A stretch of DNA of 64,000 nucleotides from a virus: positions 64,001-128,000 of the IMG/VR virus record IMGVR_UViG_3300025645_000038; one strand, 5' to 3'. Of the stretch, positions 31,601 to 39,035 are shown in pieces. The notes beneath the pieces were generated by a model, which worked only from the letters and a program-made list of their open reading frames with translations, made no database searches and was not told where the DNA came from. How positions within the stretch are numbered: the stretch's first letter is position 1; every line of letters starts with the position of its first letter. The position numbers and the translations under genes are program-made.

Positions 31601-31905
31601 CAATAGGTTCAAGAGCTGGATTATATAATTCAGGTAATGATAATGTTTATTTAGGTGATACCGCTGGAAGAAATTCTGGTGCTGGAGCAGACCAAGTTAT
31701 TATTGGTCATGATGCTGGTTACTACGCTACTCATGATGATGTTGTAATAATCGGTGAGTCCGCTGGATATTACGCAACTGGTTCTGGTAACACATTCATA
31801 GGAAAAGAAGCTGGAAAAGGTGGAACAACTTCTGCTCCTTACAGTTCAGGTGAAAAGAATGTGGCTGTTGGATATAATGCTCTTACTGGTTTCACAACTG
31901 GAGAA
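18376..31905 (+). repeat. 13 dispersed copies of a ~43-aa cassette GSYNTFVGxxAGKGGTTSAP(F/Y)SSGxxNxAxGYxALxxFTTG across fibres 2-4
   Basis: 4, 5 and 4 copies in the three genes; 63 bp identical between 24343-24405 and 31345-31407. Confidence 0.9.
22612..27828 (+). CDS. Giant fibre/adhesin 3 (1738 aa), paralogue of fibre 2, with S74 chaperone
   Basis: Same repeat architecture; SDRRVKKNI; GTG start with GGAG SD. Confidence 0.85.
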   Translation: MKIYSSEISGSLKVRGDIFAENYVVKSTVSTITQSFSSGSTIFGDSNDDTHRFTGSLFISASRIDLDDSKNNIAIGKNSISVIGAGQGGNVAVGYESMKSAGTAANNNAEFNTAIGYESLKDVTTGYTNVAVGKGAGESLTTGHSNVAIGTGALDVATDVDNTVIIGKKAGEANMTSAADGTISIGYSAGAAITSGASNIAIGYEALKTTTTGLRNIAIGYEAMHDTDAGSSSSDSDNNIFIGYTAGGGAWADAKSENNVAIGSNVMQGVLNGANNNTALGYFALASITSGDTNVGIGAEAGGTLTVGIKNVMMGYQAGNLVNHANADENVLIGYAAGKGGTGEMKRCIVIGSQAMDSTTDQAQTGTIAIGHAALSALTSGTGNTAVGYSAGGAITNSSQNTFLGYASGDTNIGDHSVAVGYHALKGVSGNANSYNTAVGSRAMDSVTTGGSNVAVGFDSLGAITTATGNTAIGYNAGDTITTSGYNALVGYEVGQALAGGSGQNVAIGYQPLYNGTSNTRVIAIGSRAGYNSTADNNVYIGYSAGRESRAGVSQVYIGNQAGYYATGSYNTFVGDDAGKGGTTSAPFSSGQYNTAVGRQALGGFTTGGSNTAVGYTAGNAVTTGTENTFLGFHAGYNATGTNSYAVLIGSYAGYQNNNGSVVYIGRYAGYAGSGHIGGGNIAIGYHALFTNRSTDEEGCKWNIAIGRGAMNNATDTLGAAHSNVAIGYTALKNIESGSRNIAIGGQQGGGDGGTGEFLKNGDYNVFVGSKAGQGIDSGNIHSDKNVFLGASAGAGHNGAEGNVGIGYLALTFARGDYSVAIGRSAGDHATGSYNTFVGGYAGQGGTTSAPYSSGQNNVAVGYQALDGFTTGYSNVAVGRIALGGVGTGFRNVGIGDGAGQSLTTGNENVAVGYNALKLAGTTSNQVAIGKNALHSVQTGTGNTGLGYNTLYQNSSGNNNVAIGYNAGFFGSAKTENVLIGLYAGYNATGSFNTFVGSQAGKGGTTSAPYSSGQNNVAMGYEALKSFTTAQRMVAIGYEAMTDVKDGQDSVAIGYQAAYYNSSSYSVSIGKGAGMVMGGGYNVSVGFGAGGSASDSNVAIGQRAMGLQPAANENVAVGSVAGSNLIGGFTAIVGAQAGRHATGSYNTFMGYKAGYGSITSAPFSSGENNTALGYNALKAFTTAASNTVIGYSAGSSITTGGANILIGSQAGMNITTTTSNVVIGNNAGQHLGGSNADNHANRNVIIGHSAAKGSSPSIAKGHYSVVIGDQAQYHFKSGSQNVYMGYQSSYYNQNGNYNVTIGSGAGSNATGSSNTFVGYRSGKGGNSSAPYSSGGNNTAFGYETLTAFTTGESNVAVGREAGHDITTGTGNTLVGNAAGDKITTAEYNTAIGAGALGSQAADADGNIAIGDFAMGAVNNAASIENVVVGGYAGSGGTGQLIRTVAIGKNALNSTGTANLTGTVAIGYNAGTAINHAAALSSTLVGYLCGDSITSGAGNSAFGYEALTAQSVNGWNAAFGNYSAHAHTGAYSTFLGTKAGENLTSGNNAIHIGFNTAASAVDVDSEYVIGAGTSFSDGLTGGGTETIRIGVSTDYITNDFGENATWTHSSDRRVKKNIEDNDLGLGFIEKLRTRKFQKKAPSEYPEEFEQHNSDTTERKNPDRIHYGFVAQEVKEAMDSVGHSEFPVWKENRDGMQELGETELITPLVKAVQELSLENKELKDELNELKILIKKKLGDE

Positions 31906-33972
31906 AGAGTAGTAGCAGTAGGCTACAACGCAGGTGCTTCATTAACCACAGGTGGTCAAAGTGTCTTTATCGGATACAATGCAGGTGATGGTACTACCAA
32001 TTCTTATAGAAACATTGCTATTGGAGATAACGCTTTAAGTGAAGCTGCTGGCGATGATAATATAGCTGTTGGATTGTTTGCTCTAAGAACTAATACAGGT
32101 GGGGGAAACATCGGAATTGGTACAAGGGCAGGTGAAACCATTACCTCAGGTACAAGAAACATAGCAATCGGTTGGAGAACAATGTGGGATCTCGATGCTG
32201 GTTCAAACTCATCTACCTCTCAAGATAATATTGCTATTGGTTATGCTGCTATGAATGGAACTTGGGCGAATACTAGGTCAGATTTAAATGTTGCTATCGG
32301 TAACTACTCTATGGATGGTGCTTTAGATGGTGCTAATTACAATGTTGCTCTTGGATATGAAACATTAAGTTCAATAACAGGAGATGATGCAAATGTTGCT
32401 ATCGGTTATAGGGCTATGTCGGGAGGTGGAGGAAGTCAAAATATCGCCATAGGTGCTGACGCTATGTATCAAGGCCCAACAGGTGGTACAAACTATGCTA
32501 TCGGTAGATACACTATGATGGATTGTAATGCTGGTTCTAATGCATTGAGTTCAAATAGTAATATAGCTATAGGACATTCTGCTTTAGGTGGAACTTGGGC
32601 AGATGCTGATTCGAATAGAAACATTGCCATTGGTCATTATACTATGGATGCGGGTGTAGATGGAGCATTGGATAATGTTGCTGTAGGACACTACGCATTA
32701 AGTTCAATAACAAGTGGTGATTTTAATACTGCACTTGGCTCAAATGCAGGATTATCCATCACAACTGGTGCAGATAACGTAGTTATCGGGTATCTTGCTG
32801 GTGATACGATGACGGATACAGGTAATACAGTTTTAATCGGCAAAAGTGCTGGACAAGCCATAAATAACAGCACCGCAAATTATACAATTGCTATAGGATT
32901 TAACGCACTTTCAAGTTTAACAAATGGTCATAGTAATATTGGTATAGGCGGTAATACTCAAACAGGTATAAGCACAGGAGATGGCAATGTCACTATTGGT
33001 TATAATACTATGTCTGATTTTAATGCTGGTGTTAACTCTGCTAACTCAAGTAATAATATAGCAATTGGTAATGGTGCAATGAGTGGAACTGTAACAAATG
33101 CGGCTTGTAACGATAACATCGCAATAGGTGCAAACACTCTGGCTGCTGCTTTAGATGGAGCATTATATAACATAGCAATTGGAGTTACCTCTCTTAATGA
33201 TTTAACCACTGGTGACAAAAACGTTTCTATTGGAAACAATTCGTTACAGAAATTGACTACAGGCGAAAGAAATACCTCTGTTGGTTATGATACTGGTGGA
33301 GATGGTGGTAATGCCGCTCTAACTGGCAATGATAATGTTTTGATTGGAACAGGCGCAGGTACTAATTTAGAAGGTGCAGGACACTCTAATACTTTTATAG
33401 GTTCTGCCGCAGGTGCTGTTACAACTACAGGAGTTGAAAACACTACTCTAGGATTCAATACAGAAATTCAAGATGCTACTGCAACAAATCAAATTGTTAT
33501 TGGAAATAATTTAACAGGAACAAAGGATAATGCAGTATTCATTGGTAATGATACAAACCATATTGAAAATGATTTTAATGCAGATGCTACTTGGAACTAT
33601 TCATCAGATGTAAGACAAAAAACTGAGATAGAGGATGATATTTTAGGGTTGGACTTTATAAATAATATAAGGCCAGTAGTGTACAAACACAAATCACCAA
33701 GTGAGTTTCCAAAGGAATGGAGTGCTTATGACGCAGATGATAAAGAGCCTATGGGTGGCGATAAAAGGATTCATGGATTAATTGCTCAAGAGGTAAAAGA
33801 AGCGTTAGATGAAGTTGGTGCAGACTCTTTTGGTGGTTGGTCTGAAGGAGATGACGGAAGACAGAGGGTTTCAAGAGAAATGTTTGTGACACCATTGATA
33901 AAAGCAGTTCAAGAGCTATCTAAAAAGGTTGAAGAACAACAAAAAGAGATAGAAGAACTAAAAAATAAATAA
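27829..33972 (+). CDS. Giant fibre/adhesin 4 (2047 aa), paralogue with S74 chaperone
   Basis: Same repeats; SDVRQKTEI...HGLIAQEV...PLIKAVQEL; GTG start with GGAG SD. Confidence 0.85.
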   Translation: MKIDSPTFLSETTFISASVQFSSGSQKFGNTTDDQHQFTGSLKIGGTSFFRDIGSAHQVYIDSDTGGVAQIGTNTYTPLSIRANGNQAIYISQGAVVSMGTTNVGNLTSTGTIVSTGANALISGSSTSTGSFGMITTPSDIGGKPAARLHKFAFLRASDSGDTSTSGYNSKSGNTIFGYDAASQIVQNNGAGHSNTYIGHYAGHGNASGDHNTAIGHVAGLGGSGDNNTSVGSYAGYNITSGGNLVLIGRSAGVSITEMSDTVVIGYNAGDALTTGVGRNVAIGSGAMSAMTTETQNVAIGSSALGTATVASNVIAIGHRAAVALSHGDSSGTIAIGALALEGATGAHSGNIAIGYRAINNATTNVAGAVALGYEALYSNTDNTGNIAIGFYAMRDGAGGSSRDYNIAIGREAMRNANAHVSVAIGYTAGKFIKDGGTGVTVVGHEAGNYASGSANTFMGYQAGQGGTTSAPYSTGTNNVALGYGALTAFTTGDENVALGYEAGSNMTTGNRNIAIGYQAKAGTVGSDNIVVGKVAGVGFSSGYKNIVMGNQAAAGHNGIENVVIGHQAMGGGSTGVDKTIIIGYQAAYNINSADADGTIAIGYTAGGSITSGAKNTVVGYQAGNKITDSDNITYIGYGAGYYATGAHNTAVGTEAYLGVDGSTTGTDNSIFGYYAGRDLTTGHSNVLMGRDAGQNLTSGYQNIIIGPDAGETATNLQNAILIGKRAGQDINSGVHGTIAIGTDALTSLTSGASNLAIGYEAMKVHTTGGNNIAIGYQAMDDNDAGSNSLASQHNIFIGNAAGGGTWTNVASSYNVGIGNNVMDAAMAEAWYNTALGNQSLSALTSGDYNVGLGYLALNAVTTGESNVAVGKNAGAGLTTGIRNVVIGDGALDTAATADVDYNVTIGYDAGLGITSDANVTIGAFAGQYIKGGSSVHIGYETGKFASGSSNTFVGLKAGKGGTTSAPYSSGTGNTFLGYQTGKDFTTGYNNVGVGYLTLHNITTGYENNFIGNQSGHVITTGYYNEGIGHKALNSLTTGIGNIGIGAFAGAHGARNYSIFMGYQAGYYDGGGGMVVLGQQAGQYTAGGNSILLGKETGRYVSGSNNVMLGYNAGKGNSVQATTATMTNVYSNVGVGSYTLLQLGAGMNNSVAVGSAAGQNTTGSYNTFVGGEAGKGGTTSAPFSSGQYNTAVGYRALEEFTTGGYNSILGQEAGEKITTGESNNLFGYRAGRHITTGNSNIVIGTEALRDENVSSVVAIGSRAGLYNSGNDNVYLGDTAGRNSGAGADQVIIGHDAGYYATHDDVVIIGESAGYYATGSGNTFIGKEAGKGGTTSAPYSSGEKNVAVGYNALTGFTTGERVVAVGYNAGASLTTGGQSVFIGYNAGDGTTNSYRNIAIGDNALSEAAGDDNIAVGLFALRTNTGGGNIGIGTRAGETITSGTRNIAIGWRTMWDLDAGSNSSTSQDNIAIGYAAMNGTWANTRSDLNVAIGNYSMDGALDGANYNVALGYETLSSITGDDANVAIGYRAMSGGGGSQNIAIGADAMYQGPTGGTNYAIGRYTMMDCNAGSNALSSNSNIAIGHSALGGTWADADSNRNIAIGHYTMDAGVDGALDNVAVGHYALSSITSGDFNTALGSNAGLSITTGADNVVIGYLAGDTMTDTGNTVLIGKSAGQAINNSTANYTIAIGFNALSSLTNGHSNIGIGGNTQTGISTGDGNVTIGYNTMSDFNAGVNSANSSNNIAIGNGAMSGTVTNAACNDNIAIGANTLAAALDGALYNIAIGVTSLNDLTTGDKNVSIGNNSLQKLTTGERNTSVGYDTGGDGGNAALTGNDNVLIGTGAGTNLEGAGHSNTFIGSAAGAVTTTGVENTTLGFNTEIQDATATNQIVIGNNLTGTKDNAVFIGNDTNHIENDFNADATWNYSSDVRQKTEIEDDILGLDFINNIRPVVYKHKSPSEFPKEWSAYDADDKEPMGGDKRIHGLIAQEVKEALDEVGADSFGGWSEGDDGRQRVSREMFVTPLIKAVQELSKKVEEQQKEIEELKNK

Positions 33973-33974
33973 AA

Positions 33975-34008
33975 AATTGTATTTCGTATAATTATATGAT
34001 ATATATTA
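33975..34008 (+). promoter_or_regulatory. Putative bipartite promoter AATTGTATTTC-N11-TGATATATATTA
   Basis: Identical boxes and spacing at 52863-52896; a related copy at 34366-34396. Confidence 0.6.
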
Positions 34009-34040
34009 CTATTAATAAACAAAACTAAGGAGTTATTAAA

Positions 34041-34349
34041 ATGGCTGAAGAAATTAAATTTACTGATGAAGAGTTAAAGTCTCTTCAAGATTTAAGTCAA
34101 AGTTATCAAAACATTCAAGCTTCTTTTGGACAAATGAAAGTTCAGAAGATTCTTAATCAACAACAAGCTGATGCTTTAGAAGAAGCTGAAGTTAAAATGG
34201 ATGCTGATTACAAAGATATTCAGGATTCTGAACGTAAATTGGTTGAGGAATTGAATGAAAAGTACGGACCAGGTCAATTAGACCCACAAACAGGCGTATT
34301 TACACCAACACCACAAGAAGAAGCTGCTGAAGTAGTAGAAGAATCTTAA
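34041..34349 (+). CDS. Small acidic coiled-coil protein (possible fibre assembly factor)
   Basis: Heptad-rich, ends KYGPGQLDPQTGVF; strong SD; follows the fibre array. Confidence 0.5.
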   Translation: MAEEIKFTDEELKSLQDLSQSYQNIQASFGQMKVQKILNQQQADALEEAEVKMDADYKDIQDSERKLVEELNEKYGPGQLDPQTGVFTPTPQEEAAEVVEES

Positions 34350-34445
34350 ATAAATCCTTAATCGGTTGTATTTTGGGAATTTTCTTTATATTTATATATA
34401 ATGAATTTTCATATTAATTTTTTAAACCTTTAAAGGAGAAAACAC

Positions 34446-36923
34446 ATGGCAGAGAGAATAGTCAGCCCAGGTGTATTCACTCGTGAGAGAGATTTATCTT
34501 TTTTACCTCAAGGAGTATCTGAAATAGGTGCAGCTATTGTAGGACCGACAGTAAAAGGTCCTTCATTCGTACCAACAGTAGTCAGAAACTTTGAGGAATT
34601 TGAAAGTATTTTTGGAACTTACAATAGTGATTATTACACACCCTTTACAGTTAAGAACTACTTAGATAGTGCTGGAACTGTAACAATAGTAAAAGTAGGA
34701 TATCTTGGTGGATACAAGGTATCGGGTTTCAATTTAGTAGTTAGTGGTTCGGGCGCAACAAAGTTTGTTGTAGCTCAATTTTTACCAGCAGAACCAAATA
34801 ATAGTGGTGAGGGACTAATAAGTGGTTCTTTGTCAGGAGACCCTATCTCAGAAGCTAGTAACTTTGCTTTGAAGATTAACGGAGCTAATGCAACTGCTAG
34901 TGTTTCAAATTTGACATTATCAGAAAAAGGTTCAGCTACAGGTGATTTATCAAGTGCTTCCTCTAATTTTATTGGAAAGCAATTTCCTACTGCTCCTGGT
35001 GCTCAAAAGATAGGTTCAACAGATGCACCAGCGTATATGTATAAGTTTTTTAGAACTGCATTAAGTGCCTCTTTTTCAAATGGTACTCTTACTGCTAACG
35101 CTTCAATGTCCATAGAAAACTTTGCTGATAATGGAATTGATTTTGCTAGTGGAACTGAATCTGTAGATACTTCAGATGGTAACTATATTAGTACCATTTC
35201 AGGTAACTCAGACGCAGCTTCTGCAAGAACACCATTTATCGTATCCCAAGATTCTACTGAATTATTTAGAATATACACGAGAGCTGATGGTACTGAAACT
35301 AATAATCATTACGCAGTAATTCGTGATGTAAAAAGACCACAAAACTCTAACTCAAGTCCAGATTATGCTGAGTTTGGTTTAGCAGTTTACACTGCAGATG
35401 GAAGTCTTGTTGAAACTTACAGTAATTTAAACTTAGATCCAACTTCGGGTAACTATATAGTTAAGGTAATTGGAGATGAGTTTCAAACTGTAAATAACGA
35501 TGGTGAAATCACTGTTTATGGTGATTATCCTAATGCTTCAAGACACATTAGAGTTGGTGATTACAAAGAAAGTACATTTGAAAGTAATCCTAATTTACAG
35601 CCAATGGGATATTCTGCTGTATTAGACCCAATTAAATCTACTGCAAGTGTACCGACTGCATCTTTTAATCGTAGTCAGGTAATTCCAACTGTAGATTCTA
35701 ATACATATAAAGAGGACTTACCATACGGATTTAAGATAGACCCTCGTTTTGGTGAAAACGAATTAGCTGATAACAAAGCTTACTTATCTCCTATTCCTAA
35801 GAGTGAGAATGCAGGAAGTAACGTTGACTTTCTTCTTACAAATATGAAGGGATTTGGAGCAGCTGGTAGTTCTGAATCAAGCAAATATACTAATTTTGCT
35901 ATATCAACTCAAAATCTAAATATATCATCTTCAACTCAACAGTTGAAGTTTGCTGTACCATTTCAACATGGTTTTGATGGTATTAATCCGTCACACCCAA
36001 AACATACTGGTACATCAATTAGTTCTGCTAACACAAGTGGATTTGATATTAGTAGTGCTACTGCTAGTGGTTCTATAGCTTACAAAAGAGCTATAAACGC
36101 TGTTAGTAATCCTGATGAGTATGATATTAATATGTTGGTAACTCCAGGTATTATTCATAAACATCATAACATTATCAGTAACCACGCTATAGACAAGGTA
36201 GAAGCTAGAGCTGATGCTTTCTATGTAATGGATGGTTCTGATATTGATGATAATGTCGCTACAGCAGTAAATAATGTGGCTAGTTTAGATACTAATTATG
36301 TAGCTACTTATTACCCTTGGGTTAAAATGGATGATATTTCAAAAGGTTCAGGTACAGTATTAGTACCACCATCGGTAGTAATACCAGGCGTAATTGCTTT
36401 CACAGATAGTGTAGCTCACGAATGGTTTGCTCCTGCTGGACTAAACAGAGGTGGATTAACAAATGTTCGTATGACTCAGAAGAAACTTACTCATACAGAC
36501 AGAGATACGCTTTATGAAGGTAGAGTTAATCCTATCGCATCCTTTCCAGGTCAAGGTGTAGTTGTTTTCGGACAGAAGACATTACAGGCTAGACCATCTG
36601 CTCTTGATAGAATCAACGTAAGAAGATTATTAATCAGATTGAAGAAGTTTATCGCTTCCTCAAGTAGATTCTTAGTATTCGAACAGAATGATAGCTCTAC
36701 AAGAAGTAGATTCTTAAATATAGTTAATCCGTTCTTAGAATCAGTTCAATCCAATAGTGGTTTGAGTGCATTCAAAGTTGTAATGGATGATTCTAACAAT
36801 ACTCCTGATGTCATAGACAGAAATCAGTTGGTTGGACAGATATTCATACAACCTACAAGGACTGCTGAGTTTATTGTATTAGACTTCTCAGTACTTCCAA
36901 CGGGTGCTGCATTTCCTGAATAA
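34446..36923 (+). CDS. Tail sheath protein (gp18-like)
   Basis: SPGVFTRERD, WFAPAGLNRG, GQKTLQ, DRINVRRL and IQPTRTAEFI. Confidence 0.96.
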   Translation: MAERIVSPGVFTRERDLSFLPQGVSEIGAAIVGPTVKGPSFVPTVVRNFEEFESIFGTYNSDYYTPFTVKNYLDSAGTVTIVKVGYLGGYKVSGFNLVVSGSGATKFVVAQFLPAEPNNSGEGLISGSLSGDPISEASNFALKINGANATASVSNLTLSEKGSATGDLSSASSNFIGKQFPTAPGAQKIGSTDAPAYMYKFFRTALSASFSNGTLTANASMSIENFADNGIDFASGTESVDTSDGNYISTISGNSDAASARTPFIVSQDSTELFRIYTRADGTETNNHYAVIRDVKRPQNSNSSPDYAEFGLAVYTADGSLVETYSNLNLDPTSGNYIVKVIGDEFQTVNNDGEITVYGDYPNASRHIRVGDYKESTFESNPNLQPMGYSAVLDPIKSTASVPTASFNRSQVIPTVDSNTYKEDLPYGFKIDPRFGENELADNKAYLSPIPKSENAGSNVDFLLTNMKGFGAAGSSESSKYTNFAISTQNLNISSSTQQLKFAVPFQHGFDGINPSHPKHTGTSISSANTSGFDISSATASGSIAYKRAINAVSNPDEYDINMLVTPGIIHKHHNIISNHAIDKVEARADAFYVMDGSDIDDNVATAVNNVASLDTNYVATYYPWVKMDDISKGSGTVLVPPSVVIPGVIAFTDSVAHEWFAPAGLNRGGLTNVRMTQKKLTHTDRDTLYEGRVNPIASFPGQGVVVFGQKTLQARPSALDRINVRRLLIRLKKFIASSSRFLVFEQNDSSTRSRFLNIVNPFLESVQSNSGLSAFKVVMDDSNNTPDVIDRNQLVGQIFIQPTRTAEFIVLDFSVLPTGAAFPE

Positions 36924-36945
36924 TAGGGAGGTGTAAAACAGTAGA

Positions 36946-36972
36946 AGAGGGGAACAATAGTTCCCCTTTTTT
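36946..36972 (+). terminator. Intrinsic terminator after the sheath gene
   Basis: AGGGGAAC-AATA-GTTCCCCT followed by a T-run. Confidence 0.85.
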
Positions 36973-37088
36973 ATTATATCAAAAAACTATGAAAAAACTA
37001 TGAAATAATAACTCAATATTCTGTATCGATTTTTCAGTTTGTTTATATTTATATATGAAAGAATTAAACACTTATTAGGAGAACTGAA

Positions 37089-37577
37089 ATGGCAGATATA
37101 ATCGATCCTTCAGAAATTATGTTTACACCCTTTGAACCGAAAGTTAAAAATCGGTTTATTATGTACATAGAAGGAATCCCTGCATACCTTATTAGAGCTG
37201 CTGCTCGACCAACTATTACATTCGAAGAAATAGAATTAAATCATATCAACGTTAAAAGATATGTTAAAGGAAAAGGTTCTTGGGAACCATTGGAAATCAC
37301 TCTTTACGATCCTATTGTACCATCAGGTGCACAGGCAGTTATGGAGTGGGTTCGTTTACACAAAGAATCTGTTACAGGTAGAGATGGATACTCAGACTTT
37401 TACAAGAAAGATGTTACTTTCAACGTATTGGGTCCTGTAGGAGATAAAGTAGAAGAATGGACACTAAAAGGTTCTATGATTCAATCTGCTAACTTTGGTG
37501 ACATGAACTTTGAAACCAATGAACCTAATGAGATTACATTAACACTAAGATACGATTACGCTATCTTACAATTCTAA
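37089..37577 (+). CDS. Tail tube protein (gp19-like)
   Basis: NRF, WEPLEITLYDP, VMEW, YKKD, VEEWTLKG and LTLRYD; follows the sheath gene. Confidence 0.92.
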   Translation: MADIIDPSEIMFTPFEPKVKNRFIMYIEGIPAYLIRAAARPTITFEEIELNHINVKRYVKGKGSWEPLEITLYDPIVPSGAQAVMEWVRLHKESVTGRDGYSDFYKKDVTFNVLGPVGDKVEEWTLKGSMIQSANFGDMNFETNEPNEITLTLRYDYAILQF

Positions 37578-37586
37578 GAGGATAAT

Positions 37587-37796
37587 ATGAGTTTTTTAAG
37601 AGAAATGCTTTCTAGTGATGCTAAAATCTCTAGTAAAAGATTTGTCGGTTTTATGGCTTTCTTTATGCTGATTTGTAGTTGGGGTGCTGATACCTTTTCT
37701 GCATTTGAGGTCAAGGATAAGATATTGGAATGTTTTATGTACATTTCAGTAGTTGGACTTGGTGTTACAGCGGCTGAGAAGTTCGGTAAAAAATAG
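37587..37796 (+). CDS. Small two-TM membrane protein (holin-like)
   Basis: SSKR followed by two hydrophobic helices and a basic C-terminus. Confidence 0.45.
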   Translation: MSFLREMLSSDAKISSKRFVGFMAFFMLICSWGADTFSAFEVKDKILECFMYISVVGLGVTAAEKFGKK

Positions 37797-37829
37797 TTAT
37801 AGTTCAAAACTAAATCATAGGAGTCAAAT

Positions 37830-38573
37830 ATGGCTGAAGTCAAATTCCCTACAGAAGTAGTGGATTTGCCGTCAAAGGGATTATTGTATCCAGAAGGTAG
37901 CCCTCTATCATCTGGTAAAATAGAAATCAAATACATGACGGCAAGAGAAGAAGATATTCTAACATCTGCTAACCTTATTAAACAAGGTGTGGTGGTTCAA
38001 AAATTATTAGAGTCTCTTATTATAGACAAATCAATTAAGGTAGATGATTTACTGATTGGTGATAAAAATGCTGTTTTAATAGCAGCTCGTATTCTTGCTT
38101 ATGGTAAAGAGTATGAAGTTGAAATATTTGGTAGGAAGGTAGAAGTTGATTTAACTCAATTAAAAGATAACAAGTTAGATGAGAGTATAGTTACAAAAGG
38201 AGTTAATGAGTTTGAGTTTGAATTACCCGCTACAAAAAGAAAATTAACTTTTAAAATGCTTGTATCAGGCGATGAAAAAACAATTGATGATGAGGTTAAA
38301 GGTTATGAGAAAATACATGGTATTGGATACGAACTAACCACAAGATTAAAACACCAAATTATTTCAGTAGATGGTGATACTAAAAGAGCTAGTATTAACT
38401 CTTTTGTAGATAATGAGTTCTTATCAAGAGATTCAATGGCTTTTAGAAATCATATATCTGATATTATGCCAGATGTGGATATGACATCAACTTTTACTGA
38501 TGAGGATGGAAACGAAAAGGAGTTCACGGTCCCTATGACCGTTACGTTTCTTTGGCCTAACGCCGGAATATAA
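37830..38573 (+). CDS. Baseplate hub assembly / tail assembly chaperone (T4 gp26-like)
   Basis: LPSKGLLY, KYMTAREEDIL, LLIGDKNAVLIAARILAYG, ends FLWP. Confidence 0.8.
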   Translation: MAEVKFPTEVVDLPSKGLLYPEGSPLSSGKIEIKYMTAREEDILTSANLIKQGVVVQKLLESLIIDKSIKVDDLLIGDKNAVLIAARILAYGKEYEVEIFGRKVEVDLTQLKDNKLDESIVTKGVNEFEFELPATKRKLTFKMLVSGDEKTIDDEVKGYEKIHGIGYELTTRLKHQIISVDGDTKRASINSFVDNEFLSRDSMAFRNHISDIMPDVDMTSTFTDEDGNEKEFTVPMTVTFLWPNAGI

Positions 38574-38772
38574 ACCACAAATACACGAACAACTTTTTCA
38601 AATAAGTTTTAACTCACAAGGTATGTTCTCTTTTTCAGAGGTATATAACATGCCTATATATCTCCGTACATTCTACTTTAAGAGATTACAAAAACATTTT
38701 AAGGATGAAGCTGAAGAGGTCAAGAAAGCTCAACAAAGTAACAAATCATCTATTCCATCTTATAAAAAATGA
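38548..38772 (+). CDS. Unannotated gp51-like / chaperone 'T' segment in the +1 frame (frameshift extension, or start at ATG 38623)
   Basis: FFGLTPEYKPQIHEQLFQISFNSQGMFSFSEVYNMPIYLRTFYFKRLQKHFKDEAEEVKKAQQ; frame opens at 38539 and overlaps the end of the upstream gene. Confidence 0.7.
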   Translation, partial: FFGLTPEYKPQIHEQLFQISFNSQGMFSFSEVYNMPIYLRTFYFKRLQKHFKDEAEEVKKAQQSNKSSIPSYKK

Positions 38773-38831
38773 TAAATGTGATATTTATTATTGAATAATT
38801 CCACACAAAAATAATCTTATGGAGAACAGAA

Positions 38832-39032
38832 ATGGCTGACAGAGAAGGTTTAATATTTAAATTCTTTGATAAATGGAAAAGAAAACGTTTAAATAGATTC
38901 GCAAAACAGTTAGTAAAAGACGATCCTTCCATAGAAAAAAACTTAGATAATTTAGGAAAAGCTTTTTCAGATTTAGAGAGTAAACTAAAAAAGAAGTATC
39001 CTGATGCTTATAAGAAAGCTATGGGGAAGTAA
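38832..39032 (+). CDS. Hypothetical protein
   Basis: SD GGAG; ATATTTATT motif at 38781. Confidence 0.55.
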   Translation: MADREGLIFKFFDKWKRKRLNRFAKQLVKDDPSIEKNLDNLGKAFSDLESKLKKKYPDAYKKAMGK

Positions 39033-39035
39033 TAA

